Shown: positions 9,809 through 21,100, counted from the stretch's first letter. The stretch is DNA of 64,000 bases from a virus (IMGVR_UViG_3300021088_000010:451-64450); one strand, 5' to 3'. Notes: a model not told the origin generated them from the letters alone. Program-made: numbers and translations.

Positions 9809-10234
9809 ATGGGCTTTGACATCAGTTCACTGATTGGTGGTTCAATTGGGGATGCCTTTCAGAAGATCATGTCGGTCTTCAAGGTAGACCCGACAGTTGC
9901 TTTACAAAGTCGAACCGACATTGAGAAGATTCAACTTGAACTTCAAGGTAAACTTCAAGATGCAGTGTCTAATGAAATCAGTCAAGCTGCTGATGTAATT
10001 AAAGCAGAGGCTACTTCACAGAGTTGGCTGCCACGTAATGTGCGACCTTTACTCCTTCTATTTTGGGGGGTGGCTATTACTTTCAATGAAGTAGTGCCTA
10101 TCATCGCGCGATTCTGGATTCCAACTATACAGCCCCTAGTCTTAGACCCTTGGGTTTTCAAACTCACAGCAATAGGTTTCACTGGATACGTTACCGCTCG
10201 AACCTGGGAGAAGGTAACAGATAAAGATAACTAG
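9809..10234 (+). CDS. holin (3TM holin-like)
   Basis: IKAEATSQSWLPRNVRP, hydrophobic helices, GYVTARTWEK C-terminus; near the lysin. Confidence 0.8.
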   Translation: MGFDISSLIGGSIGDAFQKIMSVFKVDPTVALQSRTDIEKIQLELQGKLQDAVSNEISQAADVIKAEATSQSWLPRNVRPLLLLFWGVAITFNEVVPIIARFWIPTIQPLVLDPWVFKLTAIGFTGYVTARTWEKVTDKDN

Positions 10235-10254
10235 ACAAGGACCCTCTGGGTGGT

Positions 10255-11625
10255 ATGGCATACACAACTTTTCCTTCAGTCCAAAACGTAATTGATGGTG
10301 TAAGCCAAGACGTTCGTAACCAGCTCTCTGCTCAGCTTGGTACGACTGGTCAGCCTGTTCTTATTGACTATACCAATCGCATTCATAAGCAGATGTTGAG
10401 GTTCAGTCGCTGGAACTTCTTGAAGTCTGAGCCTCAGTACTTTCTTACGAACTTAGGGCAGTCATCGTATTGGGTAGGTCCACAGGGTCAGGGGCCTGCT
10501 GGTACTGTGGAAACTCAGCTTAATCTCCCTGACGTGTATCAGTTTAAGAAAGACTCCGTAATGGACCTGTCTAATCAGCAGGCTCTTAAGTGGTTGTTTA
10601 CCAGTCCACAGGGTCCTAATCTTATTACGCGAACTGGGGCAGGTAGGCCGGGACTTCCTGCGGTGTTCAGCCAAAGTCTCAATGACCCGAATATCTTGAT
10701 GATATTCCCCCCTCCGAACAACCAGAATAACACACAGCCTGAACCCCAGGTTCCTATCGTTCAGGCTCTTTCGGGTGGGACACTTCCTGTACGAACGTAT
10801 CTGCTAAAGATTACCTTAGTGGATTCCTTGGGCGGGGAGAGTACTTCAACTACTACAGGTGCGCCTCTCTTTCTTCCCCTGAACAGCCTTGCTGTTGTTA
10901 AGAGTCCCGCAACTGGATACTTTGGGATACTTCCTGACGAAGAGAGCATCGCTGGAGTTCAATATAATCGCTATAACGTGTATGCCGTTCAAGCTCAGCT
11001 TGTAAACGGCATTCCTACTAATGAAGGCACAGAGACATTGCAGAACTCTGTGCCTATTTCTTTTGGTACTGACTGGACTGAGCCCCTGACGGGATTGATT
11101 ACCTCCGGGCCGCAGGTTCCACGGGTCAATACACTTCAGCCTGTGGGGGCTTACGTCATTAAGTTTGAATACTATAAGAACAGGGTTAAGTTAACCAACC
11201 CCACTCAAACTCTTCAAATACCCGATGACTACATTGACGTTATAATTGCTGGAGTTACTTGGCTTGCCTACAAAATTATGGGCAAGGTTCAAGAAGCTCA
11301 GATGCAGTATCAGTTGTATCGAGCAGGCTTGACTGAAATGATTCAGGATAAGAATCTGTTCCCAGAGGGTGTGGAGTTCATTCGGCCTGATAGTAACTCA
11401 TATGTCAACACTCAGATACTAGGGTACCTCGATCCGTTTTTCGTTTGTTTTGTTCCACTTACACAGTCACAATTGATGACGCTGGAGGGCGTATGGGAGT
11501 CGTTACTAGAACGTGTGAGAATTGTGGTACAACTCATACATATACAGTTAGAAAGAAAAAGACGTACAATATTGGATTCTATTGTGTTAACTGTCGAAAA
11601 GCTGAACAAAAAGCTATTCGAATAG
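10255..11625 (+). CDS. head-tail adaptor / tail tubular protein A-like with an inserted beta domain
   Basis: RWNFLK, LMIFPPP, YYKNRVKL...IPDDYIDVIIAG adaptor-type segments; last ~60 aa look like read-through into the HNH gene. Confidence 0.65.
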   Translation: MAYTTFPSVQNVIDGVSQDVRNQLSAQLGTTGQPVLIDYTNRIHKQMLRFSRWNFLKSEPQYFLTNLGQSSYWVGPQGQGPAGTVETQLNLPDVYQFKKDSVMDLSNQQALKWLFTSPQGPNLITRTGAGRPGLPAVFSQSLNDPNILMIFPPPNNQNNTQPEPQVPIVQALSGGTLPVRTYLLKITLVDSLGGESTSTTTGAPLFLPLNSLAVVKSPATGYFGILPDEESIAGVQYNRYNVYAVQAQLVNGIPTNEGTETLQNSVPISFGTDWTEPLTGLITSGPQVPRVNTLQPVGAYVIKFEYYKNRVKLTNPTQTLQIPDDYIDVIIAGVTWLAYKIMGKVQEAQMQYQLYRAGLTEMIQDKNLFPEGVEFIRPDSNSYVNTQILGYLDPFFVCFVPLTQSQLMTLEGVWESLLERVRIVVQLIHIQLERKRRTILDSIVLTVEKLNKKLFE

Positions 11626-11912
11626 CGCATCCAGAAATAATGAAAGATCGAGATTTGAAGAAGAGTTTTGACATGCCTCTCGAAGAATATCAAGAGAGAC
11701 TAGCTAAACAAAACGGTGTTTGCGCTATATGCAAGAAACCCGAAACTCTTATTCGTCTTGAAAAGCTTACAGCACTGCGCGTGGATCATAGCCATCTAAC
11801 AGGGGCCAATCGTGGATTGCTTTGTGATTCTTGTAATAAAGGAATTGGATTCTTAAAGGACAGCCCTGAACTCTGTATTGCGGCTGCTCAGTATCTAAGG
11901 AGTTATGAATAA
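11493..11912 (+). CDS. endonuclease VII-type HNH endonuclease
   Basis: QNGVCAICK, LRVDHSHLTGANRGLLCDSCNKGIG; GGAGG RBS before ATG 11493. Confidence 0.9.
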   Translation: MGVVTRTCENCGTTHTYTVRKKKTYNIGFYCVNCRKAEQKAIRIAHPEIMKDRDLKKSFDMPLEEYQERLAKQNGVCAICKKPETLIRLEKLTALRVDHSHLTGANRGLLCDSCNKGIGFLKDSPELCIAAAQYLRSYE

Positions 11913-12295
11913 TGTCCGTTACAGCAACTCTTACTGGTAGTATCACTCTTACTGATAGTGTGGGCACAACTGGTTCTTTGAATAAGGTTTTAACAGCCTT
12001 AGCAAATACGGGCACGACCTCGGAGTTTGCTCAATCCTTAAGTTTGTCCTCTGGTGCAAATCCTATTACATTGCCTGTTTCACCTGTTCAATTCCTATAT
12101 CTTAAGAACACCCATGCTTCTAATACAGTCATTGTGACTTGGACCCCAAACGGGGGAGCCAGTAATATTGTCCTAACTCTTCAGCCAGGTTCCACAATTA
12201 TATTTGTAGAGACAAATGCAGTAAGTGGAATCACAGCTCTATCTCTTAACGCTTCAGGCACGCCTACTACAGTTGAAATGATTCTTGAAGGATAA
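11912..12295 (+). CDS. small structural protein, paralog of 2278..2679
   Basis: Direct sequence similarity to 2278..2679. Confidence 0.6.
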   Translation: MSVTATLTGSITLTDSVGTTGSLNKVLTALANTGTTSEFAQSLSLSSGANPITLPVSPVQFLYLKNTHASNTVIVTWTPNGGASNIVLTLQPGSTIIFVETNAVSGITALSLNASGTPTTVEMILEG

Positions 12296-12298
12296 GAA

Positions 12299-15292
12299 TT
12301 GCCAGAACTAAACATAATCGGGGCGAAGGAAGAGAATAGGTACTATCCTTATCAGCAAGCTTTTCGTGTGACTCGAAACAGCTTTTGGCAAGCGGGACAA
12401 GATAGCTTTACGCGCCCTCCTTCTCAAAATCCTGATATGTTTCAGGGTTTAACGAACGTAGAACCCGTGCTTCAAGGTAACTTACAGCGCAGGCGTGGAT
12501 ACAGTCTGTTCTCCAGTCAATCTCCCTCTGTACCTTATAGAAGGGGCTATAGTTTTCGTAGCGAAACTCTTAATATACGTGAGCTGGTGTTCACATCTTC
12601 AGGAAATGTATTAGCTATTAATGAAGACGGTTCCGCTTATCTTTCTACCATCTTCACACCTGTTATGACGGCTTCGTTCATTCCAAGGATGGTTTTATCC
12701 AGAAGCTATGGATACTTTGCTGACGGAGCGAGACCTGATTACGTAAAATGGGATGGAACAATCAATTCCGGTAATGTTACAAACTGGGGAATTGACATCA
12801 ATGATGTGGCGGGTTTAGTTGTAGGTCCCAATGGACCAACAACTGCTACCGATCTTGGATCAAGTGGCTCAAATGCTTCAAGTGGGCCTAATAGCCCGTC
12901 GGCAGCATCCAATGCGCTTAACAGTGGGGGTGGAGTAGCCTGGTTAAATGTTACAAATGTTTTTGCCCCTGATGGTTCTTTTGCTCAGGTTAATTTTCCT
13001 TTAGCTACACCGGGGGATCGTTCTGAATATATATTGGCAACTGGATATGGTTTTGCTATACCTGGTACTGCCACTATTACAGGAATAGTTGTAAAAGCTT
13101 TAACCGCAAGTGACAGTAATGCTGCTGGGGTTAGTGACCAGTCGGTAAAGCTGTGGAAATCAGTAGTACTAGCTCCAAATGACCATGCCAATGGTTCTAA
13201 CTGGGGTCTCTCTTTTTCTTACCAAACGTACGGTTCTAGCATGGATTTATGGGGGACTACCTGGACTCCTGCGGATATTAACAGCAGCGGTTTTGGAGTG
13301 GCGTATGCCGCGAAGAATCTCACCTCTAATGGGCGTTCTGGATATGTGGATTATATCAGCGTCACTGTCTACTATACTGTACCATCTGGCGGTAGTTGGA
13401 CTAACCCCAATAATATTTTAGTTCAAGATGGAGCCGTAGCTACTGCTGTAGCAGTTACATCACCTTCTTCTTCTTTACGAGCATCAAATTTCGGTCTTGT
13501 CCCAACTAATCCCCCCATTGGAATTAAAGTTGATATTAAGTACCAGACCTCTAATGACGCGCCTACCATAAATGTCATTCTTGTTAAAGCGGGCAGTCCA
13601 TTTGGGTTGCCTAAAACCGCTAGTATTACTAATACAAGTTTAGGATTCACAACCTTTGGAGGGATGAACGATCTCTGGGGTGGGGCTTGGTCTGCTGCTG
13701 ACATTAACAGTGCGACATTTGGAGTACAGTTCTTTGTTCAAACAACCAGTGGAAGCGCCACTGTAGGCATCGACTACGTACAGATAACAGTCTTCTCTGA
13801 AACTGGACCCCTCACGTTAGGGGCTCCAGCGGCAGGTAATATAACTCTGATAAGTGGAAGAATATATACTTTTGTCTTCCAGAACTCTATAACAGGGCAT
13901 ACAAGCACAATAGCGCCTTTCTCTTTGTCTACAGGCCCCTTGACGATGCAGGATCAGCCTTTGACTAATATAGCTGTATCCTTGGATCCCCAGGTAGATT
14001 CAAAACTTATCTTGGCTACGGCGGACGGTGGGGATGAGACTACATTATATCTTGTAGCTCAGATTCCAAACTCTCAGACCACCTATGTTGACAATACTCC
14101 TGATGCTTTAACAGCTACAGTCACAACAGGGCCATCCCTGCTTACCAATCCTATCTATCAGCAAACAGACTCAAGTGGAGTGTTACATGGAGTGGTATTT
14201 AACTATCCTCCTCCGTTGATTAATTTTCCTATAAAGCACAAGGGTCGTATTTATGGAATCATCGGACCTACTCTTTACTTTTCCAAGAGTCTAAGTGACG
14301 TTACTACAAGCACAGGAACTATTACAGGTAAGTGGGAAGAGGCTTGGCCTGCAACTAACACTATTGACATAAGTGAATACGCGGAAACAGGTTCCGCATT
14401 ACTTAGTGATGGGCAAACTCTATACATCGCTACAGATCGTACCATTCGCCGTCTGATAGGTGATGGACCCGATAACTTTCAAGAGCCTGAAGTTATTTTC
14501 AATGAAACGGGTGTTATCAATCCTGAGGTATGGCAGGTTGTCTTTGCTGAAGGTCAGCCTGTTGGAACTATGTGGCTAACCCCTGATAACCGAATTATGT
14601 TCAGCGACTTCAATACTTATAACGACATTGGAACTCCAATTCAAGATGTTCTAAACACAGTCAATCAAAGTGTTGTTCAAACAGTGTCTCATGCACGATC
14701 TGTTTCTCTAGGTCCTGCTGAGTATTATATGTTGTATATTCCCACGGGAACCAGTCTTGTTCCCAACACTGTTTGTGTTTACAATATGAAGTCAAAAAAG
14801 TGGTTCATATGGCAGCCTACGGATAATGTCACCGCCAGCTTGTTTAATGTGAATGCTACGGGAGTTCCTCAGTGGATATTTGCCAGTCAAGCGGGGTCCA
14901 TTTATATCTGGGACAACACTGTTAGACAGGATAGAAATGGCACTATGACACCTGTTCAGTATCCTGTTTCTATTACAACTTCTTGGTTAGATTTTGGTGA
15001 TACGGGGCTTACAAAGGCTTTTAACAAAACATTAGTGGCTACAGGGGATACTAGTTTGACTGTAGCGGTTCAGGGAGCAAACAGAGAAAGTGAGTTGCTC
15101 TCAGGTGGGTTTCTTGTGATACCCCCCACTACGGTACAACCGGAAATTTTTGGTGAGTTATTTATTCCTGATATGGTTTCTGCCCCTGGGTTATATAAGT
15201 GGTATCAGTTAACCTTTACAAGTCCTGCCAGTACTGTGGTTGATGTGCTTAATGACTTCGACTTTGAAATTGCTCCGTCAATGAGGATGTAA
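12299..15292 (+). CDS. tail nozzle / tail tubular protein B-like with a tandem domain insertion
   Basis: 997 aa between adaptor and ejection genes; NVEP...GNLQRRRG start, propeller-like C-terminal half, ITTSWLDFG...K end. Confidence 0.7.
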   Translation: MPELNIIGAKEENRYYPYQQAFRVTRNSFWQAGQDSFTRPPSQNPDMFQGLTNVEPVLQGNLQRRRGYSLFSSQSPSVPYRRGYSFRSETLNIRELVFTSSGNVLAINEDGSAYLSTIFTPVMTASFIPRMVLSRSYGYFADGARPDYVKWDGTINSGNVTNWGIDINDVAGLVVGPNGPTTATDLGSSGSNASSGPNSPSAASNALNSGGGVAWLNVTNVFAPDGSFAQVNFPLATPGDRSEYILATGYGFAIPGTATITGIVVKALTASDSNAAGVSDQSVKLWKSVVLAPNDHANGSNWGLSFSYQTYGSSMDLWGTTWTPADINSSGFGVAYAAKNLTSNGRSGYVDYISVTVYYTVPSGGSWTNPNNILVQDGAVATAVAVTSPSSSLRASNFGLVPTNPPIGIKVDIKYQTSNDAPTINVILVKAGSPFGLPKTASITNTSLGFTTFGGMNDLWGGAWSAADINSATFGVQFFVQTTSGSATVGIDYVQITVFSETGPLTLGAPAAGNITLISGRIYTFVFQNSITGHTSTIAPFSLSTGPLTMQDQPLTNIAVSLDPQVDSKLILATADGGDETTLYLVAQIPNSQTTYVDNTPDALTATVTTGPSLLTNPIYQQTDSSGVLHGVVFNYPPPLINFPIKHKGRIYGIIGPTLYFSKSLSDVTTSTGTITGKWEEAWPATNTIDISEYAETGSALLSDGQTLYIATDRTIRRLIGDGPDNFQEPEVIFNETGVINPEVWQVVFAEGQPVGTMWLTPDNRIMFSDFNTYNDIGTPIQDVLNTVNQSVVQTVSHARSVSLGPAEYYMLYIPTGTSLVPNTVCVYNMKSKKWFIWQPTDNVTASLFNVNATGVPQWIFASQAGSIYIWDNTVRQDRNGTMTPVQYPVSITTSWLDFGDTGLTKAFNKTLVATGDTSLTVAVQGANRESELLSGGFLVIPPTTVQPEIFGELFIPDMVSAPGLYKWYQLTFTSPASTVVDVLNDFDFEIAPSMRM

Positions 15293-15666
15293 TGCCAAGT
15301 GCCCCTGCCCGACTGACTAGCTTGAATCATCCGGACGCCGTGAAGGTTATCAATGAGCTTTTTGATACCTATTCAAAGCGTATTGAAGATGTGCAAAAAC
15401 TGGCGGCCAGCAAGCGTATTTCTAGTTTGTCCTTGTTGAAGTTTGGAACTATACCAGCTAATAGTTGTATTGAATCTCTTGTAAATATCCTAGGAGCGAG
15501 TACTACATTAGTAGCTCACGCTAATCCTATTTTACCGCTTGGTAGTATCAACCTAACTTGGTCTGCTTACGTTTCAGCAAAAGGTCAGGTTAAAGTTAGA
15601 GTCTGTAATCCTACTACGTCTCCTATAGTAGTTAATACTGTGCATTGGAATATACTGGTTGCTTAA
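15292..15666 (+). CDS. small tail-associated protein
   Basis: AYVSAKGQVKVRVCNPT resembles the C-terminus of 60741..61766 (AYVTSGNVNFIQTNPT). Confidence 0.55.
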   Translation: MPSAPARLTSLNHPDAVKVINELFDTYSKRIEDVQKLAASKRISSLSLLKFGTIPANSCIESLVNILGASTTLVAHANPILPLGSINLTWSAYVSAKGQVKVRVCNPTTSPIVVNTVHWNILVA

Positions 15667-15909
15667 ATGGAAATTACTGAAGGAACACTCTTAGACCTCG
15701 TGAAGGGTCAAGCTACCTTAACTCAAGCCGTTATGGATATCAAGGAACGGTTTGATACTGCATTGCCTTATCTAGCTAAGCAGGATGAAAAGAACGCTAA
15801 GGCTATTCGTAGCGTTGAAAAAAAGATATGGTATTTTGGGGGAGCAGGTACAGCAATAGGTTACATCCTAGAACACTTTGGAGCTAAGCATTTTGGAGGG
15901 AAGGGATGA
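15667..15909 (+). CDS. small coiled-coil protein with a C-terminal hydrophobic segment
   Basis: KKIWYFGGAGTAIGYIL. Confidence 0.55.
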   Translation: MEITEGTLLDLVKGQATLTQAVMDIKERFDTALPYLAKQDEKNAKAIRSVEKKIWYFGGAGTAIGYILEHFGAKHFGGKG

Positions 15910-16253
15910 TTAATAGGATTAGAGTAGCAACGTCAGAAGAAGTTGCCACGATAGCAAAAGTAAGTGATTGTGAAGGTTGTGTAGTTTTAGCTCTTGATAC
16001 ACCAGAGGGAACTCCACTAGCTGTGGTTCGTACCGCAGTTGAAGTTGATCCCGTTATCTATCCTGAAAAGCTTTCAGCCCGATGGAAGGCCATGTTTCAG
16101 CGGGATGTGGAGACTGTTCTTGCGGCCCAGGGCGTTAAGAAGTACTACTTCAATGTACATACATCTAATGAAACCATGCTAAAAGTTGTGGATACTTTTG
16201 GCGCAGTTCAACAATCAACAGAGCCGGAATTCAGATTCGTCAAGGTCCTCTAA
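15906..16253 (+). CDS. hypothetical protein, possibly GNAT-fold (T7 gp13 position)
   Basis: GVKKYYFNVHTSN...KVVDTFG resembles a GNAT C-terminus; sits before the ejection genes. Confidence 0.45.
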   Translation: MINRIRVATSEEVATIAKVSDCEGCVVLALDTPEGTPLAVVRTAVEVDPVIYPEKLSARWKAMFQRDVETVLAAQGVKKYYFNVHTSNETMLKVVDTFGAVQQSTEPEFRFVKVL

Positions 16254-16936
16254 TGAGTACAAAGACAGTACAGACACAACAAAACCAATACGATCCCACT
16301 GCAATGTCCACCTATCAGGGGATGCAGAGTGGACTAGGTTCGGCTATTGGGGGATACATGAACAACCCCTTTAGTAACCCCTTCTTTCAAACACAAGCCC
16401 AGATGGGTACTAGCCAAGCCAATGCAATGGGTCAATCGGGCATGAATAATCTAACTAGAAATCTTACTGCTTCTGGTATCCAGCAGAATAGCCCCGCTGC
16501 GTTACAGATGATGCAACAACAGTCTATGGGAAACAGTGCTAACAGAGCCAACCTTGGCTTTCTCAATCCAATGCAGAATGCTTTCACTGCACAACAGAAT
16601 GCAATGGGTTTAGCTTCTCAGTATCGTCCGTTGCAAACAGGGGGGACACAGACACAGCAAAAGAGTGGACTAGGAACGTGGCTACCCCAAGTTGCGGGGA
16701 TGGGACTTAGTGCTCTAACAGGAGGTTTGGGGGGAATGATGGGAGCAGGTATGGGCGCTGCAAGTGGTGCTATGTCAGGAACAATGGGCGCTATGTCTGC
16801 CGCTATGTCTCCCATGCAGGGTGGGCAAGGCAGCTACTATGGTCCCTCAGGTGGAATGGGCATGGGCGCTCCTGATGTTGGCGGGTATAACTTTGGTCAG
16901 TCTCCATTCATGATGGGCCAACCACAAGGTTACTAA
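16253..16936 (+). CDS. internal virion (ejection) protein 1
   Basis: Gln/Met/Gly-rich with a Gly-rich hydrophobic stretch; position. Confidence 0.65.
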   Translation: MSTKTVQTQQNQYDPTAMSTYQGMQSGLGSAIGGYMNNPFSNPFFQTQAQMGTSQANAMGQSGMNNLTRNLTASGIQQNSPAALQMMQQQSMGNSANRANLGFLNPMQNAFTAQQNAMGLASQYRPLQTGGTQTQQKSGLGTWLPQVAGMGLSALTGGLGGMMGAGMGAASGAMSGTMGAMSAAMSPMQGGQGSYYGPSGGMGMGAPDVGGYNFGQSPFMMGQPQGY

Positions 16937-16946
16937 GGATAAATTC

Positions 16947-18146
16947 ATGGCCATGTTTGACAATACGAATACTAATCAAGCTAACACTGGTGGGGCCTAT
17001 CAGACTAATTCTCCTTGGCAGAATAACTTTAGTGGCCAGTTGAATGACATGCTGGCTCCTTATAATAATACTATTGGCCAGTATCAGCAGATGGCTAAGC
17101 AGTTCCAAAGCCCCTACATGACTATGAGCCCTAATAGTTGGCTGGCTCGTAATCATCCGCAGGTTGCGGGAGTATTGGATAATGCCTTCTTAACAGGAGC
17201 TATGACCCCTGAAGCGCAGGGTCCTGAGGGTGCTGGTGGGGGTATATCCAGAATGATGCAAGGCTTAATGGGCGGCACACAAGCTCGTCGGCAACAGATG
17301 ATTCAGTCTGCGATGTTGCCGTATCAAATGGCTGGTGCCCAGTTGGGTGCGATGGACGTTGCCTCTCAGATTGGTGAGCGGCGAGCTATGGTTCCATTCC
17401 GCATGGCTCAGGAACGTAGGTATGATGCTCAGTCTGAGATGTACTATAATAGAATGGCTCAGGGAGATCGCTCTAAGACAATGGCGGGAGCTGATCTTAC
17501 AGACGATAAGGGTGGAACGTGGAGTCGGGTCTTTGATCCCGTTGCAGGAAGAGTCGATCTAGTTAATCCAGTAACTCAACAGAAGGCCAGTGAACTACCT
17601 GCCGATCAACAGCCTGCATTCACTAAAGAACAGCGTAGCCAGCGCATGTCTGCTCCTGGTGGTTTACTGGGAGAGACTTACGACATGATGAATAGTGCTG
17701 ATCCTGCTATTGCAGCACGAGGACGCCAGCTTCATCAACAGTACATTCAAGATCAAAGTGCAATAGCCGGGGCAAGAGCGGGGGGTACTCAAGGAATCAC
17801 AGAGCCCCCCAAGGACTTCAAATCCTTCGTAATGCAAGAACGTACAGCAGCCTATGGAGCCCTACCTAAGCTCCAAACAGCTACAGACTTTCAAACTTCT
17901 CACCTAACAGATCAAGACTACTGGAAGAATCCTCAGAAAGCTTATGAAGGTTACGTCAAGCAGTCTCAAGCTTCTAGGCAACAATTAGATGTGGACCTTA
18001 GTAAGTATGAGAAGAGTTCTGCCCCCCGTATGGGTGTGAGCTACCAAGAATACATGCAAGATCGCAGTAAGTGGGATGGCTCTGCCCCCGAGCCCGCTCC
18101 CCCTGCCGTAGCTGGCGGTACAGGCTCTCAGTGGAATCCTAAATAA
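16947..18146 (+). CDS. internal virion (ejection) protein 2
   Basis: Gln/Ala/Met-rich helical protein between the small and giant ejection genes. Confidence 0.6.
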   Translation: MAMFDNTNTNQANTGGAYQTNSPWQNNFSGQLNDMLAPYNNTIGQYQQMAKQFQSPYMTMSPNSWLARNHPQVAGVLDNAFLTGAMTPEAQGPEGAGGGISRMMQGLMGGTQARRQQMIQSAMLPYQMAGAQLGAMDVASQIGERRAMVPFRMAQERRYDAQSEMYYNRMAQGDRSKTMAGADLTDDKGGTWSRVFDPVAGRVDLVNPVTQQKASELPADQQPAFTKEQRSQRMSAPGGLLGETYDMMNSADPAIAARGRQLHQQYIQDQSAIAGARAGGTQGITEPPKDFKSFVMQERTAAYGALPKLQTATDFQTSHLTDQDYWKNPQKAYEGYVKQSQASRQQLDVDLSKYEKSSAPRMGVSYQEYMQDRSKWDGSAPEPAPPAVAGGTGSQWNPK

Positions 18147-21100
18147 TGCCCCAAGATAATCAGACACCGCAGCAGATTCCCGGCTCTGACGTTCTTCTCG
18201 ACACCCTTCGTAGGTCCCGTCTAACTGACGATCAACGTCAGCAGATGTGGGATGCCTATCATACTCCGGGTGATGAGAAGGCATTCATTGGAGCCATGCG
18301 TGGACTTCCAGTGAACGATGACGTTCGCCAGAACCTTTATGATATGCGCTATAAGGGCTGGAAGAACGAGCCCACTAACGCACAGGGACCAAAGGCTGCT
18401 CAAGCACAGACCGTAGCTAGTCTGGATACTCAGACTCCCGCTAAGGGAGATGTGCGTCCGTCAGCTACCGATGTTTTGTCAAAGACCACAGGTATCAGTC
18501 CTGCTAGCACTTGGCAGCGGCTTGGTAACGTGGTCGCTCCTTTTATGGAGCACATGCGTGTCGGTGGAGCAGCGCAAGGTGAAGGTCTAGTAGACCCTGG
18601 AGCTGCCGTGTCTTCCCGGCATCCTATCTTAAAGGCTACAGGCGAATTTGCTGGCGGTCTAACCTCAGCCCCAAATCTAATTCTAGCCGGTGGAAGTGCT
18701 GGATTGAGTGAAGCAGCTCCCGTAGTTTCCAAGCTGCTTAATCTCGGTTTCTCTCAGCAAATGCTAAAAGGGGCTTATGAACGCTATGCTCCCTTTAAGG
18801 AAGCCATTGATCGTGGAGATTCTGATGCTGCTTTAGAGCACTTCACTCATATGGTTCTAGGTGGAGCATTCGGCCTCCACTCAGCTACCGAAGGAATGTC
18901 TACTGATCCCAAGACCCGCATGGACGTTCGCAAGAACATCGCTACTGAGGCTAAGCTACGTGGAAATGATCCAGTCCTAAACTCTGCTGTTAGGCAGGCT
19001 GCTACACTGCCAGACAAAGCCACCCCACTGGGTCCTATATCTGAAACTGGTGGTCAGCAATTACACCTTGACTTCACCACTAAAGCTCCTACTGAAGCTC
19101 GTGCTCCTCAACATACTGATCTTAACGCCACTAAAGCTGCTGATGCTCCTCCTAGATATGCTCCTAAGCCCGCTACTGGGACCCCTGGGGGTGGCCCAAC
19201 TTCTCCTCAAGAACTCGCCCGAGTTGGCGGGCTGGTCTACAAAGGTGAATTGTTTCCAGGTGCAGGTGTACACCAGTTTGAGCATCCCGATTATCCCGCG
19301 CAAACTATGGCGGTTAAAGAGAGTGATATTCCCAGTAAGTTAGGTGCTGCGGTAGACTACCTGCGTGGCCGTATGCAGGAGAAGCTGGATCAGAAGCCTA
19401 TTGTATCGGAGGCACCAAAGCCTGTTCAACGGGATATCCCTACTCTTATTCAGCAGTTACACGGAAACTTTGATCGTATAGCTGACTTGAACAGGCAACG
19501 AGACGCTGCTGAGTCCGATCAACTAGCAGATGAGATAGGCAGGAAACACCAAGATCAGGAAGCTTCAGTAAGGTCTATACTTGCGGGGGACATGGCGAGG
19601 TGGTCTAATAAGGACGTAGCCACGTTTAGGGATAGTGCGACAACTGAGGCTCAGAGGCTTGAGGCTCAGGCGAAAGCTATTCAAGACCTGACGGAAGCTA
19701 CGGTTAAGAACCGTGGCGTTAAGAAAGAGATTGCTGACCTGCGTTCGCAGGGTGGGCCACTTAGGTACATAGTTGATCCTGAGACTGGTGAGCGTGTTTC
19801 AGTCAAGCCTGACTCGCCCGCTGGGCGTGGAGCTAGGTCTGTATTCGATGAATTACAGGGCCGGGTTCCTACTAGTGAGTTTAGTTCTATTGAAGTACAC
19901 GGTAAGCCTGAAGGTGTGTCTGATAAAGAGTGGGGCGACCATGTTACTAAACTTCAAGAGGAGCGGGTTGGTCTCAAGCGTAAGATTTCTGATGCTGTCA
20001 CTGTTGCTTCTGATACTGGGTCATCTATAGCTGAGGCTGGAATAGAGGAGCACGTTGCTAGGTTGAAAGAGATTGAGGGTTTACTGGGGAAGTATCAGGA
20101 ACCTGCTGAGACTGGACGTAGGCCGAATCTTGCCCCTGAGTTAGATGAGCAGGGAGCTATCAAGGCTCCTGAACCCTTGAAGTCTTGGACTCTTGAACGT
20201 GCGCGATTGGCGCTTGGCGCTAAGGTTAAGCAGATTCCTACCGATGAGGAGTTCTTTCAGCACGCTGACTTGAGGAACGAGAAGGGCCGTTTGTTTCGCA
20301 GTGTGGCCGATGTTGCAGATGGGGTGCTGAAAGATAGAAAGCGTGGGGGTCAGGCAGGGGTGTTGGGGGAAGGTGCATTAAAAGGGCAAGTCAAGCAGGT
20401 TTCTTTAGCGGATCGTGTACCCTCTGACGATGAAATAATGCGGCGTGCCAATGCCGCGAAGATTTATGCTCGGGAACTTAGTGATGACTTTAGAATGGGT
20501 GTAGCGGGATTCTTATCCAGAGATGGTCGTATTGGAATTGACTCTGGGAACATGATGCACGATGATGTAGCGCAGACTGTACTCCCTGAATTAGTCATAC
20601 CTAAAGCCTCAAAGGGAGGCTTCACTGATAGTGGAAGTCCTCTACGAGCCATGCTTGAGAAGGGCTGGATTAGAAAAGCCTCTCCTGTGGACTATGAGAC
20701 ATGGGCAGCAGACTCTCGGGCATTGAAGACCATTGAAACGGATATGCTACGAAATGGTAAGTACGGGCAGAAGGTGAGTATTGATGTCCGAAAAGCTGTT
20801 GGCAACTACGTAGGTTTAACCATTGAACAAGGTTGGGATGAAAAGTACAGCAACCTTGAGGATGCAGTTAATGCAGCTAAGCGCCGTCAAGGTTGGGGTC
20901 CTGAACAAGGTGCTATCTCTGGGGCTAGACTGGCTACTGGTGGTACAGTTGGTGGAATTGTCGGCTCTCTGGTAGGCGCTCATCTTGGACATCCATATGA
21001 AGGGGCCGCAATTGGTTGGGGACTTGGTTTCGTCACTCCAGCTATTGCGGATCATCCCTTAATGTGGAACCGCTTGAATTCTATTCGCCCGGCCATCACC

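Noticed and set aside
6192-12156. Near matches to the dispersed motif (GGACCCACAAGGTCC at 6192; GGACCCCAAACGGGGGA at 12141)
   Set aside because: They lack the GGGTGG half and were excluded from the count of 16.
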